This document shows positions 1 to 8,200 of a stretch of 33,858 bases of DNA, piece after piece. Position 1 is the first letter of the stretch. Each line of letters starts with the position of its first letter. The position numbers and the translations under genes are program-made. The stretch lies in IMG/VR virus record IMGVR_UViG_3300041584_000118, positions 1-33,858 of that record; one strand, written 5' to 3'. Source of the stretch: a virus (taxonomy: Duplodnaviria; Caudoviricetes). The notes below the pieces were generated by a model. That model ran no database searches, was not told the origin of the DNA, and was given only the letters and a program-made list of their open reading frames with translations.

Positions 1-165
1 ACAGCACTTACAATAAATTGGGGGTTCTGTGGTAACTTGTATCTTTGTTCTTCGCATCAAGTATAGTGGTTCAATGAAGTTTTCTGCTCCGAAATCCCCA
101 ACTTCTTGTAGCTGCATTCCGTTATAGTAGGCAAACTTGCCCTCGGTTTGTTTGTTGATTAGCAT
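1..165 (-). CDS. Hypothetical phage early protein (partial, runs off left edge)
   Basis: ATG at 165; frame reads MLINKQTEGKFAYYNG...PIYCKCC without a stop to base 1; preceded by the same TAAACAGCTAAGCAA motif as the 170..502 gene. Confidence 0.6.
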   Translation of the reverse strand, partial: MLINKQTEGKFAYYNGMQLQEVGDFGAENFIEPLYLMRRTKIQVTTEPPIYCKCC

Positions 166-169
166 TTGC

Positions 170-502
170 TTAGCTGTTTATTGTGAAAATTTGAATTCCT
201 TCCTCCGAAAAATCCCCCTTCACCTCTTTCAGATCAAACTTCCACCACTCATACGTGCCATTGCCTACCCGAAGGATCATACCGCCAGTATAACCAGGGT
301 GCATCAGTACACTTTCAGGCTTACACCTGGGGTACATCTCATTGCCCTTTTTAATTAATCTTTCAATAGCCTTTTTGAATTCATCGGGGTCGTCGGTCAG
401 GTATTTCATTGGCTTTCTGAACTCATCCCAGAGCCACTGTTGCAGCGGGTTCTTGGGGTTCAGGCTATGCCCGCAAGTGATGTAATACTGTTTCTTTTTC
501 AT
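170..502 (-). CDS. Hypothetical phage protein (110 aa)
   Basis: ATG-initiated ORF co-oriented and tightly packed with neighbours. Confidence 0.7.
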   Translation of the reverse strand: MKKKQYYITCGHSLNPKNPLQQWLWDEFRKPMKYLTDDPDEFKKAIERLIKKGNEMYPRCKPESVLMHPGYTGGMILRVGNGTYEWWKFDLKEVKGDFSEEGIQIFTINS

Positions 503-535
503 TCTTGCTTAGCTGTTTAAAAGTGAAAATTTGGA

Positions 536-805
536 TCAAACTATTTCCCGCATAGTCAGGCGGTACTCTTCTTTGGTGGCCGGGTGGTAAAAAAAGAACT
601 GCCCGGCGTGTACGATGTAGTGGTGTACCTGGGTGTACTTGTAGCTCCCACCGATGCGGTTGTTGATGTGCGCTACGGCCTCGGATAGCTTCAAAAACGG
701 CCGTACCTCCCGATACTCGCCGGGCTCCGTCTCGGCCTGGATCACGAAGAGCCGGTTCTTGCCTATGTCTTGCATCGGGCGCGGGGTTGTGTTAGGTTTA
801 TTCAT
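536..805 (-). CDS. Hypothetical phage protein (89 aa)
   Basis: ORF in early operon with A-rich upstream region. Confidence 0.65.
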   Translation of the reverse strand: MNKPNTTPRPMQDIGKNRLFVIQAETEPGEYREVRPFLKLSEAVAHINNRIGGSYKYTQVHHYIVHAGQFFFYHPATKEEYRLTMREIV

Positions 806-830
806 GGTCGTTGTTTTTTAGGTTTTTTAT

Positions 831-864
831 TGCCTGCCCCGAGCCACCCGGCCCAGGGCGGGCA
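831..864. other. GC-rich hairpin downstream of the SSB-like gene
   Basis: tgcctgccc...gggcgggca imperfect inverted repeat. Confidence 0.4.
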
Positions 865-868
865 GTAG

Positions 869-1576
869 TCAAAACGGTAGGTCGTCGTCGTTCCCGTCGC
901 TTGTCAAGAAGTCGGGCACCGGTACTACCTCTCGCACTACCGAATACGGCTGGCTGGCACTGGGCCGCATCACCGGAGTTTTACTGGCCAAGTACCCTTT
1001 CACAATCGAGTAGTTGGCTTCGGCCTTGGCGCTGTCGCCAGGTGTTTTCGGCCCGCCCCACTCAAACACCGGCAGCGTGTACACCTGCCCATTGTATTCT
1101 TTTTCTTGGGAGCTGCTCACCTGTATCCACTCTTTCTTCCAGCGGTCGCCGTGCATTTCAATAGTCTTGAAGTTCAACATCTGCTCACCCTTCAAGCGGA
1201 TGTTAATAATCAACCCCTTCGGGCTCATGGCGTAGATGCTCCGCGTATACTTGCCGCCAATAGGCCGCAGCATATCTTTCAACTCCGCATAGAGGCCCGT
1301 GGCTATCTCCTCGTTGTTTTTCTGGTAGGCCACTCGCAATAGCTCAGTACGGGTATCGCTCACCTCGTTGGAGTAGATCCCCCCCTGGAAGGTTTCGTCA
1401 TAGCCACGCACCGAGCTCATGAATTTCAGCGCCACAAACTTGAAGGGCAGCTTCATAGGCTTGCGTATGCCTTCTTCCTTATCGTAGTAGCAAAAAGCAT
1501 TCTCCTTACTGTTCCATTCCAGATAGTACTGGCTCGGGTTAGGCATCACGCCCATGTTTTCATCTTGTAGAGACAT
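869..1576 (-). CDS. Putative phage single-stranded DNA-binding protein
   Basis: Acidic C-terminal tail DGNDDDLPF typical of SSBs; located in the replication module. Confidence 0.6.
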   Translation of the reverse strand: MSLQDENMGVMPNPSQYYLEWNSKENAFCYYDKEEGIRKPMKLPFKFVALKFMSSVRGYDETFQGGIYSNEVSDTRTELLRVAYQKNNEEIATGLYAELKDMLRPIGGKYTRSIYAMSPKGLIINIRLKGEQMLNFKTIEMHGDRWKKEWIQVSSSQEKEYNGQVYTLPVFEWGGPKTPGDSAKAEANYSIVKGYLASKTPVMRPSASQPYSVVREVVPVPDFLTSDGNDDDLPF

Positions 1577-1615
1577 TGTTTTTGATTGGTTATTGATTTA
1601 TTTACGAGTGAATTA

Positions 1616-1888
1616 TTATTGTTCTTTCTGTATGATCCGTACGAGCTCTCCCCGTTCAATATCGTGCGAAAACTCCTTGTATTGGAGCGTTATTTCTCGC
1701 TCTCGGCGCACATCCAGCAAGCGGGTTTCCTTCTTGTAGCTCGTGCCGTCGGTTTCGTATATATGCCAGTATCCTAGCAGGATATATACCCGGTTGGTTG
1801 AGCGGCTTTTCCACAGGCTGTATAGTGGAAATACATCGCCCTGCGTTAGGGGCCTCTTGGTACTTTGCTCATTTTGGATAGGGTCCAT
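1616..1888 (-). CDS. Hypothetical phage protein (90 aa)
   Basis: ATG-initiated ORF co-oriented in early operon. Confidence 0.65.
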   Translation of the reverse strand: MDPIQNEQSTKRPLTQGDVFPLYSLWKSRSTNRVYILLGYWHIYETDGTSYKKETRLLDVRREREITLQYKEFSHDIERGELVRIIQKEQ

Positions 1889-1928
1889 TTCGCTATTTTT
1901 TACTTTTTTTTCTGTGAGTTTCTAGGGG

Positions 1929-2127
1929 GTGTAGTCTGACTACACTACACGAACTTTACAACTACTTGTCATTCAACTACTTGCGGGCAAAATTTTGTAG
2001 TCGCACCCTGACTACAACGACTACAAAAACTACAAAACTACACTTTGACTACACTTTGACTACAACAAAAAACAACTTAACTATCTATTATTCAATTACT
2101 TATCCTTATTTGTAGTCGTGTAGTCGC
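1929..2127. repeat. Iteron-like ACTACA/TGTAGT repeat cluster; putative replication origin
   Basis: About a dozen (G)ACTACA copies in both orientations in a non-coding AT-rich gap directly downstream of the primase-helicase. Confidence 0.65.
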
Positions 2128-2156
2128 TAAAATGCCTTTTCAAATTCATTTTTATT

Positions 2157-4895
2157 TTATTGCGGTGTAGGTCTATGCTTTAAGTTTAGCCCGAATAAAT
2201 CTTCTAACTTACTGTATTCCAGTTCGCAAGCTCTTTTCTCTGGTATTGTTGTTGCTTGCGAACTGCCCGTTCCATCGTTCATGAAGCGAATAGACTTTTG
2301 CATCTGCTGCCAGTCGCTCAGGCCGGCAAGTGTAGTCAGCTCGGTCTGAATGGTGTCGCGATCGGGCGCCGACTTGTAAAATAGCTGTCGATACTTCTGT
2401 TGGAACAAATTGTACAATTTCGGGAAATGAAGCTTCACCATGGCACCATCAAACCGGAAGTGGTACTCATCATGGATCTGGCCGGCATCGAACAGCATTT
2501 GTATAATCTCGAAGAACTCGGCAATAGACTTACTCTCGTTCTGAATCCGCCACTGCCGCATGATGTACATCTCCCCGATCCGCACAAACTCTTCCAGTAT
2601 CTCGTCTTCACTATCGGCCTGCTCTGGCAGCATATTGATGCGCCCAAAACAGTGGAGCGTGAGCGGTGCCGCCATAATCTGGGCAAGATTAGCGTATAGA
2701 CGCTCGGCCACTTGCTGGCCATCGAAGCGTTTTTTCAATGCCTTATACAATCGGTTATAACTAACAAGATAGTTATCATTCATTTCCAGGTCTTCTCTAT
2801 ACGTCAGTAGCTCTACCGTCATGTGGCCAAGGCCGCGCTCCTGTATTTCTTCGAGCTGTTGGTAGGCTGTCCGTTGCACATCGCTTTTTTCTTGGTTACT
2901 GATGGGCACAAACACGCATCTCGAAAAGAAAATTGGGTTGTCGGGTATGTAGTTGCTTGTAAGCGCCAAGGCGCTGTGTATCTCCACCGTGCTGGTATCA
3001 ATACTATTGAAGTCAGCGGTCGACTTGTGGTAGCCATCATTATCGTAGGCCGCTTGCAGAAGTCCTTCGTGCTGAAACTCATTATGAAACTCATCGAACC
3101 AGGTCACGGCGTTGCTGGTTTGGCTCATCAGCTTCACCAGCGCGGCTTCTGTATTCTTACTTTTCAGGTTCACGCCATCTTGTTTCCGACCGAAGCCAGC
3201 GGTCAGTATCCGTACCATGGAGCTCTTTCCGGTACCGGCCCCACCTTTCAAGAATAAGATCGGAGAGAAGTTCTTGTACCGTACACCCAGATCACGAAAC
3301 AGGGAGAAAATGTAGAAGCACGCAGGCAAAAAACTATTCTCATAGCCATGTGCCGTGTTGTAGTACTTCCAGAAGTCCCCGTACGACACCTTCTGATCTG
3401 TGAGCTCGTAGCGTGCTTGGCGTATCTTGGTCTGTACGGGCATCGAAAGGTGCAGGCCATTGGCGGCTACGATACTGAACGCATCCGGTGTAAGCAGCTG
3501 CTTCGTTTTGACGTTAAAGGCCACATTGGCGAAAAAGTATACGCTACTCGGTACGTGGTAGCCATACCTGATCACCTTCTGGGCGGTGTTGAACTTGGTC
3601 TGGGTGAACAGGTAGCTCTGCAATTCATCCAGGTGTGAGTCTTTGAGCTTGAAGCCGATCTGCTTGGTGGCCAAGATGTTTTTCAGCTTCCGGGCCGAGC
3701 AAAACTCATCGTGCAGTACTTCAATGAACTCCTTGCGTCCATCGTTCATCACGATTTCCAGCACCCAGGTAATGTTCTCCTGCTCGTCTTCGGTCTTGTA
3801 TTTGATGAACAGCTGGAAGTTCGGCGCGACGTTCTCCCAGTGCTTGCCGGCCTTGATGATAATGCCACCATCCTCCCGGTAGATCACCGTCGTCTCGTTC
3901 CAGGTCTCCATGTCGGTAGGCGACTTCTTCCCGGCCTTTTTAGCCACCACTCCCTTCTGATCGGGCGGCGTGGGCGTACTTGATTGGGCGGTTTTGCGCT
4001 TCGGCTTGCTCACATCGACGCCGTAATCCTTGGCAATCTGGAAGAATTTCCAGGGTGTCGTGAACCGCGACGTGGCGATAGCGTTGTCAAATTTCGCGTC
4101 GGCGTCCTTTTCGTCGTACTTCTCACTCAGGGCGCTCACCCGGTGGAAGTAGCCTCGCCCGGCCTCGCCCAGAGTGCTAAGGCAAAAGGCAATGAGTAGC
4201 CACTCACTGCTGTACTCCCCGCAGATGTTCATCTTGTGGGTCTCGATGCGCTCGACGACGGCCGCCAGGTGCCGCTTCGTCTCGCTGACGTCGGTCAGTT
4301 GCTGGGCTTCTGTCCGGGGCTTCGGCGGCATGGTCGTCTTGATCGTGTACGTCTTCGGCTCGGGATTTAGCCAGGCGTCGGGATCCCAGCTCAGGAAGCA
4401 AGCCCGGCTCGGGTCGCTGCCGCTCACGTCCACCTGCTCTTCTTTCGATAGACGATATACGTTGTTGAAGTAGGCCGCCAGGTCGGCAAAGACTGCCTTA
4501 TGGTTCTGAGCATCGACCTTGCACTTCACTACGCATTTCAGCCCCTTGCCGCTGGGCGACACAAAACAAGCCGCCACGTAAGGATCGGCCTGGAACTGGA
4601 TGCGTAGCATGGCCACGTCGGCAATGTGGTCGAAATCGACCACGATAAAACCACTATGATTTTTCAGGTTCGCCGCCAGCCGAGTAGGGCTGAACGTGCC
4701 AGAGAAGGTCACGTAATCCAGATCCTTCTTGAAGAAATCAGCGGCTTTTTTGCTGGTCTGCTCCCGAATGGCCAGCACCTGTTGCTTGAAAGTGTCGGAC
4801 CTTATTCGCCCGATCACCGTATCCAGCGTCGTGACGCCATCCGGTTTCTTATTCGTAATGCCGCCTACGAAAAAATTAAATTGTGCTTGTGCCAT
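2157..4895 (-). CDS. Primase-helicase: BT4734/VirE-N-like primase domain, PriCT-2-like domain, C-terminal P-loop NTPase
   Basis: N-terminal TFSGTF...HSGFIVVDFDH...FVSPSGKGLK...D.SRACFLSWDP motifs; EWLLIAFCL...FHRVS...Y segment (PriCT-2-like); Walker A GGAGTGKSS and Walker B WFDEF. Confidence 0.85.
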   Translation of the reverse strand: MAQAQFNFFVGGITNKKPDGVTTLDTVIGRIRSDTFKQQVLAIREQTSKKAADFFKKDLDYVTFSGTFSPTRLAANLKNHSGFIVVDFDHIADVAMLRIQFQADPYVAACFVSPSGKGLKCVVKCKVDAQNHKAVFADLAAYFNNVYRLSKEEQVDVSGSDPSRACFLSWDPDAWLNPEPKTYTIKTTMPPKPRTEAQQLTDVSETKRHLAAVVERIETHKMNICGEYSSEWLLIAFCLSTLGEAGRGYFHRVSALSEKYDEKDADAKFDNAIATSRFTTPWKFFQIAKDYGVDVSKPKRKTAQSSTPTPPDQKGVVAKKAGKKSPTDMETWNETTVIYREDGGIIIKAGKHWENVAPNFQLFIKYKTEDEQENITWVLEIVMNDGRKEFIEVLHDEFCSARKLKNILATKQIGFKLKDSHLDELQSYLFTQTKFNTAQKVIRYGYHVPSSVYFFANVAFNVKTKQLLTPDAFSIVAANGLHLSMPVQTKIRQARYELTDQKVSYGDFWKYYNTAHGYENSFLPACFYIFSLFRDLGVRYKNFSPILFLKGGAGTGKSSMVRILTAGFGRKQDGVNLKSKNTEAALVKLMSQTSNAVTWFDEFHNEFQHEGLLQAAYDNDGYHKSTADFNSIDTSTVEIHSALALTSNYIPDNPIFFSRCVFVPISNQEKSDVQRTAYQQLEEIQERGLGHMTVELLTYREDLEMNDNYLVSYNRLYKALKKRFDGQQVAERLYANLAQIMAAPLTLHCFGRINMLPEQADSEDEILEEFVRIGEMYIMRQWRIQNESKSIAEFFEIIQMLFDAGQIHDEYHFRFDGAMVKLHFPKLYNLFQQKYRQLFYKSAPDRDTIQTELTTLAGLSDWQQMQKSIRFMNDGTGSSQATTIPEKRACELEYSKLEDLFGLNLKHRPTPQ

Positions 4896-4906
4896 GTGTT
4901 TTTGAG

Positions 4907-4998
4907 AAAAAAAACCCCCCTGCTCTCATAGCCCGGCAAAGCCAGGCTCGAGAAGCACTTATAAAACCCTCAAAACTACAAGTATGAAAGCAGGGGGG
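4907..4998 (-). promoter_or_regulatory. Long stem-loop with U-tract just upstream of the primase start (attenuator-like)
   Basis: Minus strand CCCCCCTGCTTTCATA-(about 50 nt)-TATGAGAGCAGGGGGG then TTTTTTTT, 11 nt before ATG 4895. Confidence 0.45.
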
Positions 4999-5005
4999 AG
5001 GGGAA

Positions 5006-5251
5006 TTAATGAGAAAGGGCCAGCAGTTTGCGCAGGGCGATGTCGCGCTTGGTGACAACTTGCCGCTTGTTGCACCCGTAGCGCAGGAATATGCGCAGAT
5101 CGGTGCGGAAACGGTTGTCACGGGCGGCCCTGAACCAGATGTCGTAGGTGTACAGCAAGTCCAATGGCGGCTGCCAGGTACGCTCCAAGCCGGCGCACAA
5201 GGCGGCGGCCCAGGTGCGACTTTGGTTTATTGTTTTGCTTTCTGGCTTCAT
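5006..5251 (-). CDS. Hypothetical phage protein (81 aa)
   Basis: ATG overlaps the upstream stop (ATGA coupling). Confidence 0.6.
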   Translation of the reverse strand: MKPESKTINQSRTWAAALCAGLERTWQPPLDLLYTYDIWFRAARDNRFRTDLRIFLRYGCNKRQVVTKRDIALRKLLALSH

Positions 5252-5532
5252 AATAATTGAGCTGTTGCATGGTCAGTGGGTTTTTCCATTTTCGATAAGA
5301 AATTACAGACCGCCGTCATGGCGTCATTCTCGTTGGTGAAACCAGGTAAGAACACATCTTCTTCCGGCTGCCTCACTACGGCCTCAAACTGGTAGTGGTT
5401 GCGGTATACTGTGGCCAGGTGGTTGGTTTCCTGCCGGGGCATACCGTCGGCATAGTCGGCCACGATGCACTCGATGTACACATAGGTGTCGTGGTGGAAC
5501 GGCGAAGAAAACCAAGCGCGTTGTCTACGCAT
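5248..5532 (-). CDS. Hypothetical phage protein (about 94 aa, start MRRQRAW)
   Basis: Start reassigned to ATG 5532, which overlaps the end of the 5525..5890 ORF. Confidence 0.55.
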   Translation of the reverse strand: MRRQRAWFSSPFHHDTYVYIECIVADYADGMPRQETNHLATVYRNHYQFEAVVRQPEEDVFLPGFTNENDAMTAVCNFLSKMEKPTDHATAQLL

Positions 5533-5890
5533 CGCAGCCTCCTTTCGCGCAAAAACGGCTGTGGGCACCACGAGCTTGGGCAGTGCTAAATCTACGTGTG
5601 CAAGTCGGGCAAGGGAAGGATATAACTCCCTGGCTCTCGATGGAGTCGACGCAGGCCCCGGCGGTGGCGTCGTCGATGATGGCCAGGAGCTTGGCCCGGC
5701 GCTGCTCATCTTTGGTGTCCAGCCAGCTTTTGGGCGCGATCATCAGCGCCCAGCAGTCCACAATGATGGCATTGAGGCACTGGCGCTCGATGAAGGCATC
5801 GCCCTGGGCGGCCGTCATGCGGTCGTAGTGGTCGTCTAGCCGTTGGTGGCGGAAGGCTCGCGGGGCGGCTTTTGGGGTTGTTGGATTCAT
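5525..5890 (-). CDS. Hypothetical phage protein with CxxC/H/C motif (possible zinc binding)
   Basis: CPTCTRRF...HSRFC near the C-terminus. Confidence 0.6.
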   Translation of the reverse strand: MNPTTPKAAPRAFRHQRLDDHYDRMTAAQGDAFIERQCLNAIIVDCWALMIAPKSWLDTKDEQRRAKLLAIIDDATAGACVDSIESQGVISFPCPTCTRRFSTAQARGAHSRFCAKGGCDA

Positions 5891-5920
5891 CTGATTAGAT
5901 GTTTAAGGGGTGAAAAATTG

Positions 5921-6037
5921 TTACTCGGGTTGTTGGGGAACTTCGTTTTCGAAGTTCTTCTTGGCTTGGCCTACGAGCCAACCGCCCAAGACGATCAGGG
6001 ACACATAGACCAGGCAATAGAGTGTGATGTATAGCAT
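5921..6037 (-). CDS. Small single-pass membrane peptide (38 aa), not in the ORF track
   Basis: MLYITLYCLVYVSLIVLGGWLVGQAKKNFENEVPQQPE fills the gap between two genes. Confidence 0.5.
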   Translation of the reverse strand: MLYITLYCLVYVSLIVLGGWLVGQAKKNFENEVPQQPE

Positions 6038-6072
6038 AGCAACAGGGGTCAGGATGCCTTATAGTGAATTGA

Positions 6073-6411
6073 TTATTGATTTTCCTTCTGCTTAGAAGCT
6101 CTTTTGCGCCGCGCGGCGGGTGGGGCAGCTTGGGGCCGCACCAGGCCCTGCTTGCGGATGGTGGGCTGGCCACTGACCACTGCATTCATGTCGCCCACAA
6201 TTAGCCGAAGAGCTTCATTGCCCACCGTGCCCTTAAAAGTGTTTCGCCAGGCTTCTAATCCCTTAGAGGATGCATGCCAGCTGTTCTTTACCTTTAACAC
6301 TGCACGCCACCTTCTCCCATGTTCAGGGTATAGATAGTGGAAGTCTTGCAGAAGTTTTTCTTTAATATCGGCCACACTACACTGTATACCGTTCGCTAAT
6401 TGTTCACTCAT
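6073..6411 (-). CDS. First gene of the early operon, basic protein in a Cro-like position
   Basis: Directly follows the operator/promoter region; no clear HTH recognised. Confidence 0.6.
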   Translation of the reverse strand: MSEQLANGIQCSVADIKEKLLQDFHYLYPEHGRRWRAVLKVKNSWHASSKGLEAWRNTFKGTVGNEALRLIVGDMNAVVSGQPTIRKQGLVRPQAAPPAARRKRASKQKENQ

Positions 6412-6431
6412 ATTGTGCTATTTATTATTAT

Positions 6432-6472
6432 ATTACGTCGTAATTATTACGTGGTAATTATTACGACGTAAA
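6432..6472. promoter_or_regulatory. Three tandem palindromic operator-like sites
   Basis: ATTACGTCGTAAT (6432-6444), ATTACGTGGTAAT (6446-6458), ATTACGACGTAAA (6460-6472); 14-bp period in a divergent AT-rich region. Confidence 0.7.
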
Positions 6473-6521
6473 GTAATGCACTATTCTGTGCATTTGCAAA
6501 TAATTATGCACAATTTAATTC

Positions 6522-6743
6522 ATGTATTTTTCACAAATGACCGATCAGCAGTACGACCTTTATGGATTTAAGCACACGGGCGTTATCGCGCTTTACCTGG
6601 CCACGCGTGACATTAAGCTGATCCAAGCCCAATGCCGACATAAGGACATCTCGACGACAGACATTTACCTGCGAGACTTGGGGCTTTTTCTCGATCAGGA
6701 TGCGCTGGATATTTTCCCGGATCCCGGGCGGGATCATACCTAG
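6522..6743 (+). pseudogene. C-terminal remnant of a tyrosine recombinase/integrase
   Basis: YGFKHTGV...IQAQCRHKDISTTDIYL carries the box II His and catalytic Tyr region; only 73 aa, in-frame TAA at 6516-6518 upstream. Confidence 0.8.
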
Positions 6744-6778
6744 AAGCCAATACCGAATCAACTAACCATTAAATAAAA

Positions 6779-8188
6779 CTACACGCTCAGTAACTCCAAT
6801 TCCGTCAAGGTGTTGAGCGGTAGGGCTATGCGTTGGGAGCCTATGAGGTAGTTGGTGCCCTGCACGTGGATTTTCATGTTTTGACCAACAGTGCGGTGGT
6901 GATCAATGTGGGCGATGTCTGACGCATTGAGGTTGGCGTAGAGTAGCCGGCGCGTGGTCTTTTTTCGGAATTGCTCGTAGTCCTTCCAGAACCTTTCTAC
7001 AAGATTATTGGTACCATGCCACGCTAAGCGGTAGCTGCCGTAGTCGGGTAGGGCGGTGGGTTGCCCGGCTACTAGGCCGTGCCAAAACAGCAGCCGTGGC
7101 GAAAATTTGTTGTTCATCTGGTTGTTTGTGGGCGTAATACCGGGCTGCTCCATGAGGGGCAAGCCCGTACTGACGTCTTTTTCGAGCGTGCTGAGCCGGG
7201 TTTTGACCGGGAACAGTGGCGTATCGCCGGGGCTTTGGTAGAGTTCGTAATCGGTGGGGCGCACTTTCATGCGGCCGTCGCCGCTATCCGGCTCCCAGTC
7301 CAGTTCCAGGCGGCGGGCCACTTCGGGGGCGCGGTTGGCGGCGGGCGCAAACTTGCTGGACCAGTTGAGTAGTGGTTCCTGATTCAACAGGCCATCGGCG
7401 TAGTTAATGGTGAGGGTACGATTGCGGACGTCGAAAAACAGCGCCAAGTTGAATAGCTTGCGCAGCTCTTTCAGTAGGTCGGGTATCGTGATTTCGGGCA
7501 AGTGGTTCTGGTAGGTGATGGTACTCAGGCTATCGAGCGAAAACGTATTGGGCCATACCAGGCGCTGCATGGCGGCATCGTCGACGAACTCGCCCCGAAT
7601 GCTGAAACCGCATAAGGTTTCGATCTGGCGGAGTAGCCAGCCCAGGAAAAACATAGGCACCAGGGTTTGTGTGCCTACGTAGGCGCTGCCGCTGTATTCG
7701 TTCATGCGTCCACTGAACCCAATGGGTAGGGTGGTGCCATAGAACCCGCTGTTCAGTACGGTCGGAAAACAGTAGGCCGCTGTGAGGTGATCGGCCACGG
7801 CCGGGATGATGCCAGGCACGGCCTCCGAGCCGAAGTCGATCTGATTGAGCGGAATGCGCTGGTAGTCGCCGAAGATTTCTCCTAGGTTCTGACTATATGA
7901 AATCGAATAGCCGTTGCTGAGCACACCCAGCAGGTACACGTAGCCGCGCTCGAGCAGCTCGGAGCCATCGTATTTTTCGCAGAAAAACACTTCGTCGGTA
8001 ATGGGGGCCTGCGGCAAGCGGGCGTGGCCGAAGATCTTGTCGTTGGTGCGGCTGAACGGCACGGTGTAGTCGAGCACCTTGGCGCCGCGTACTACGTCGA
8101 AGTCGAAGAGCGGATTGTACCGCTCCAAGACGATCGTCTGGGCTGCGTATAGGTCGAGCCGTTGGCCGTTGATCCTGATCTGAAACAT
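6779..8188 (-). CDS. Phage tail protein (distal tail/hub-like)
   Basis: 469 aa immediately downstream of the tape measure gene; call is mainly from synteny. Confidence 0.6.
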   Translation of the reverse strand: MFQIRINGQRLDLYAAQTIVLERYNPLFDFDVVRGAKVLDYTVPFSRTNDKIFGHARLPQAPITDEVFFCEKYDGSELLERGYVYLLGVLSNGYSISYSQNLGEIFGDYQRIPLNQIDFGSEAVPGIIPAVADHLTAAYCFPTVLNSGFYGTTLPIGFSGRMNEYSGSAYVGTQTLVPMFFLGWLLRQIETLCGFSIRGEFVDDAAMQRLVWPNTFSLDSLSTITYQNHLPEITIPDLLKELRKLFNLALFFDVRNRTLTINYADGLLNQEPLLNWSSKFAPAANRAPEVARRLELDWEPDSGDGRMKVRPTDYELYQSPGDTPLFPVKTRLSTLEKDVSTGLPLMEQPGITPTNNQMNNKFSPRLLFWHGLVAGQPTALPDYGSYRLAWHGTNNLVERFWKDYEQFRKKTTRRLLYANLNASDIAHIDHHRTVGQNMKIHVQGTNYLIGSQRIALPLNTLTELELLSV

Positions 8189-8200
8189 GGGGCTGGGTGG

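Noticed and set aside
6744-6778. attP site
   Set aside because: Position is plausible but no core or arm repeats could be identified
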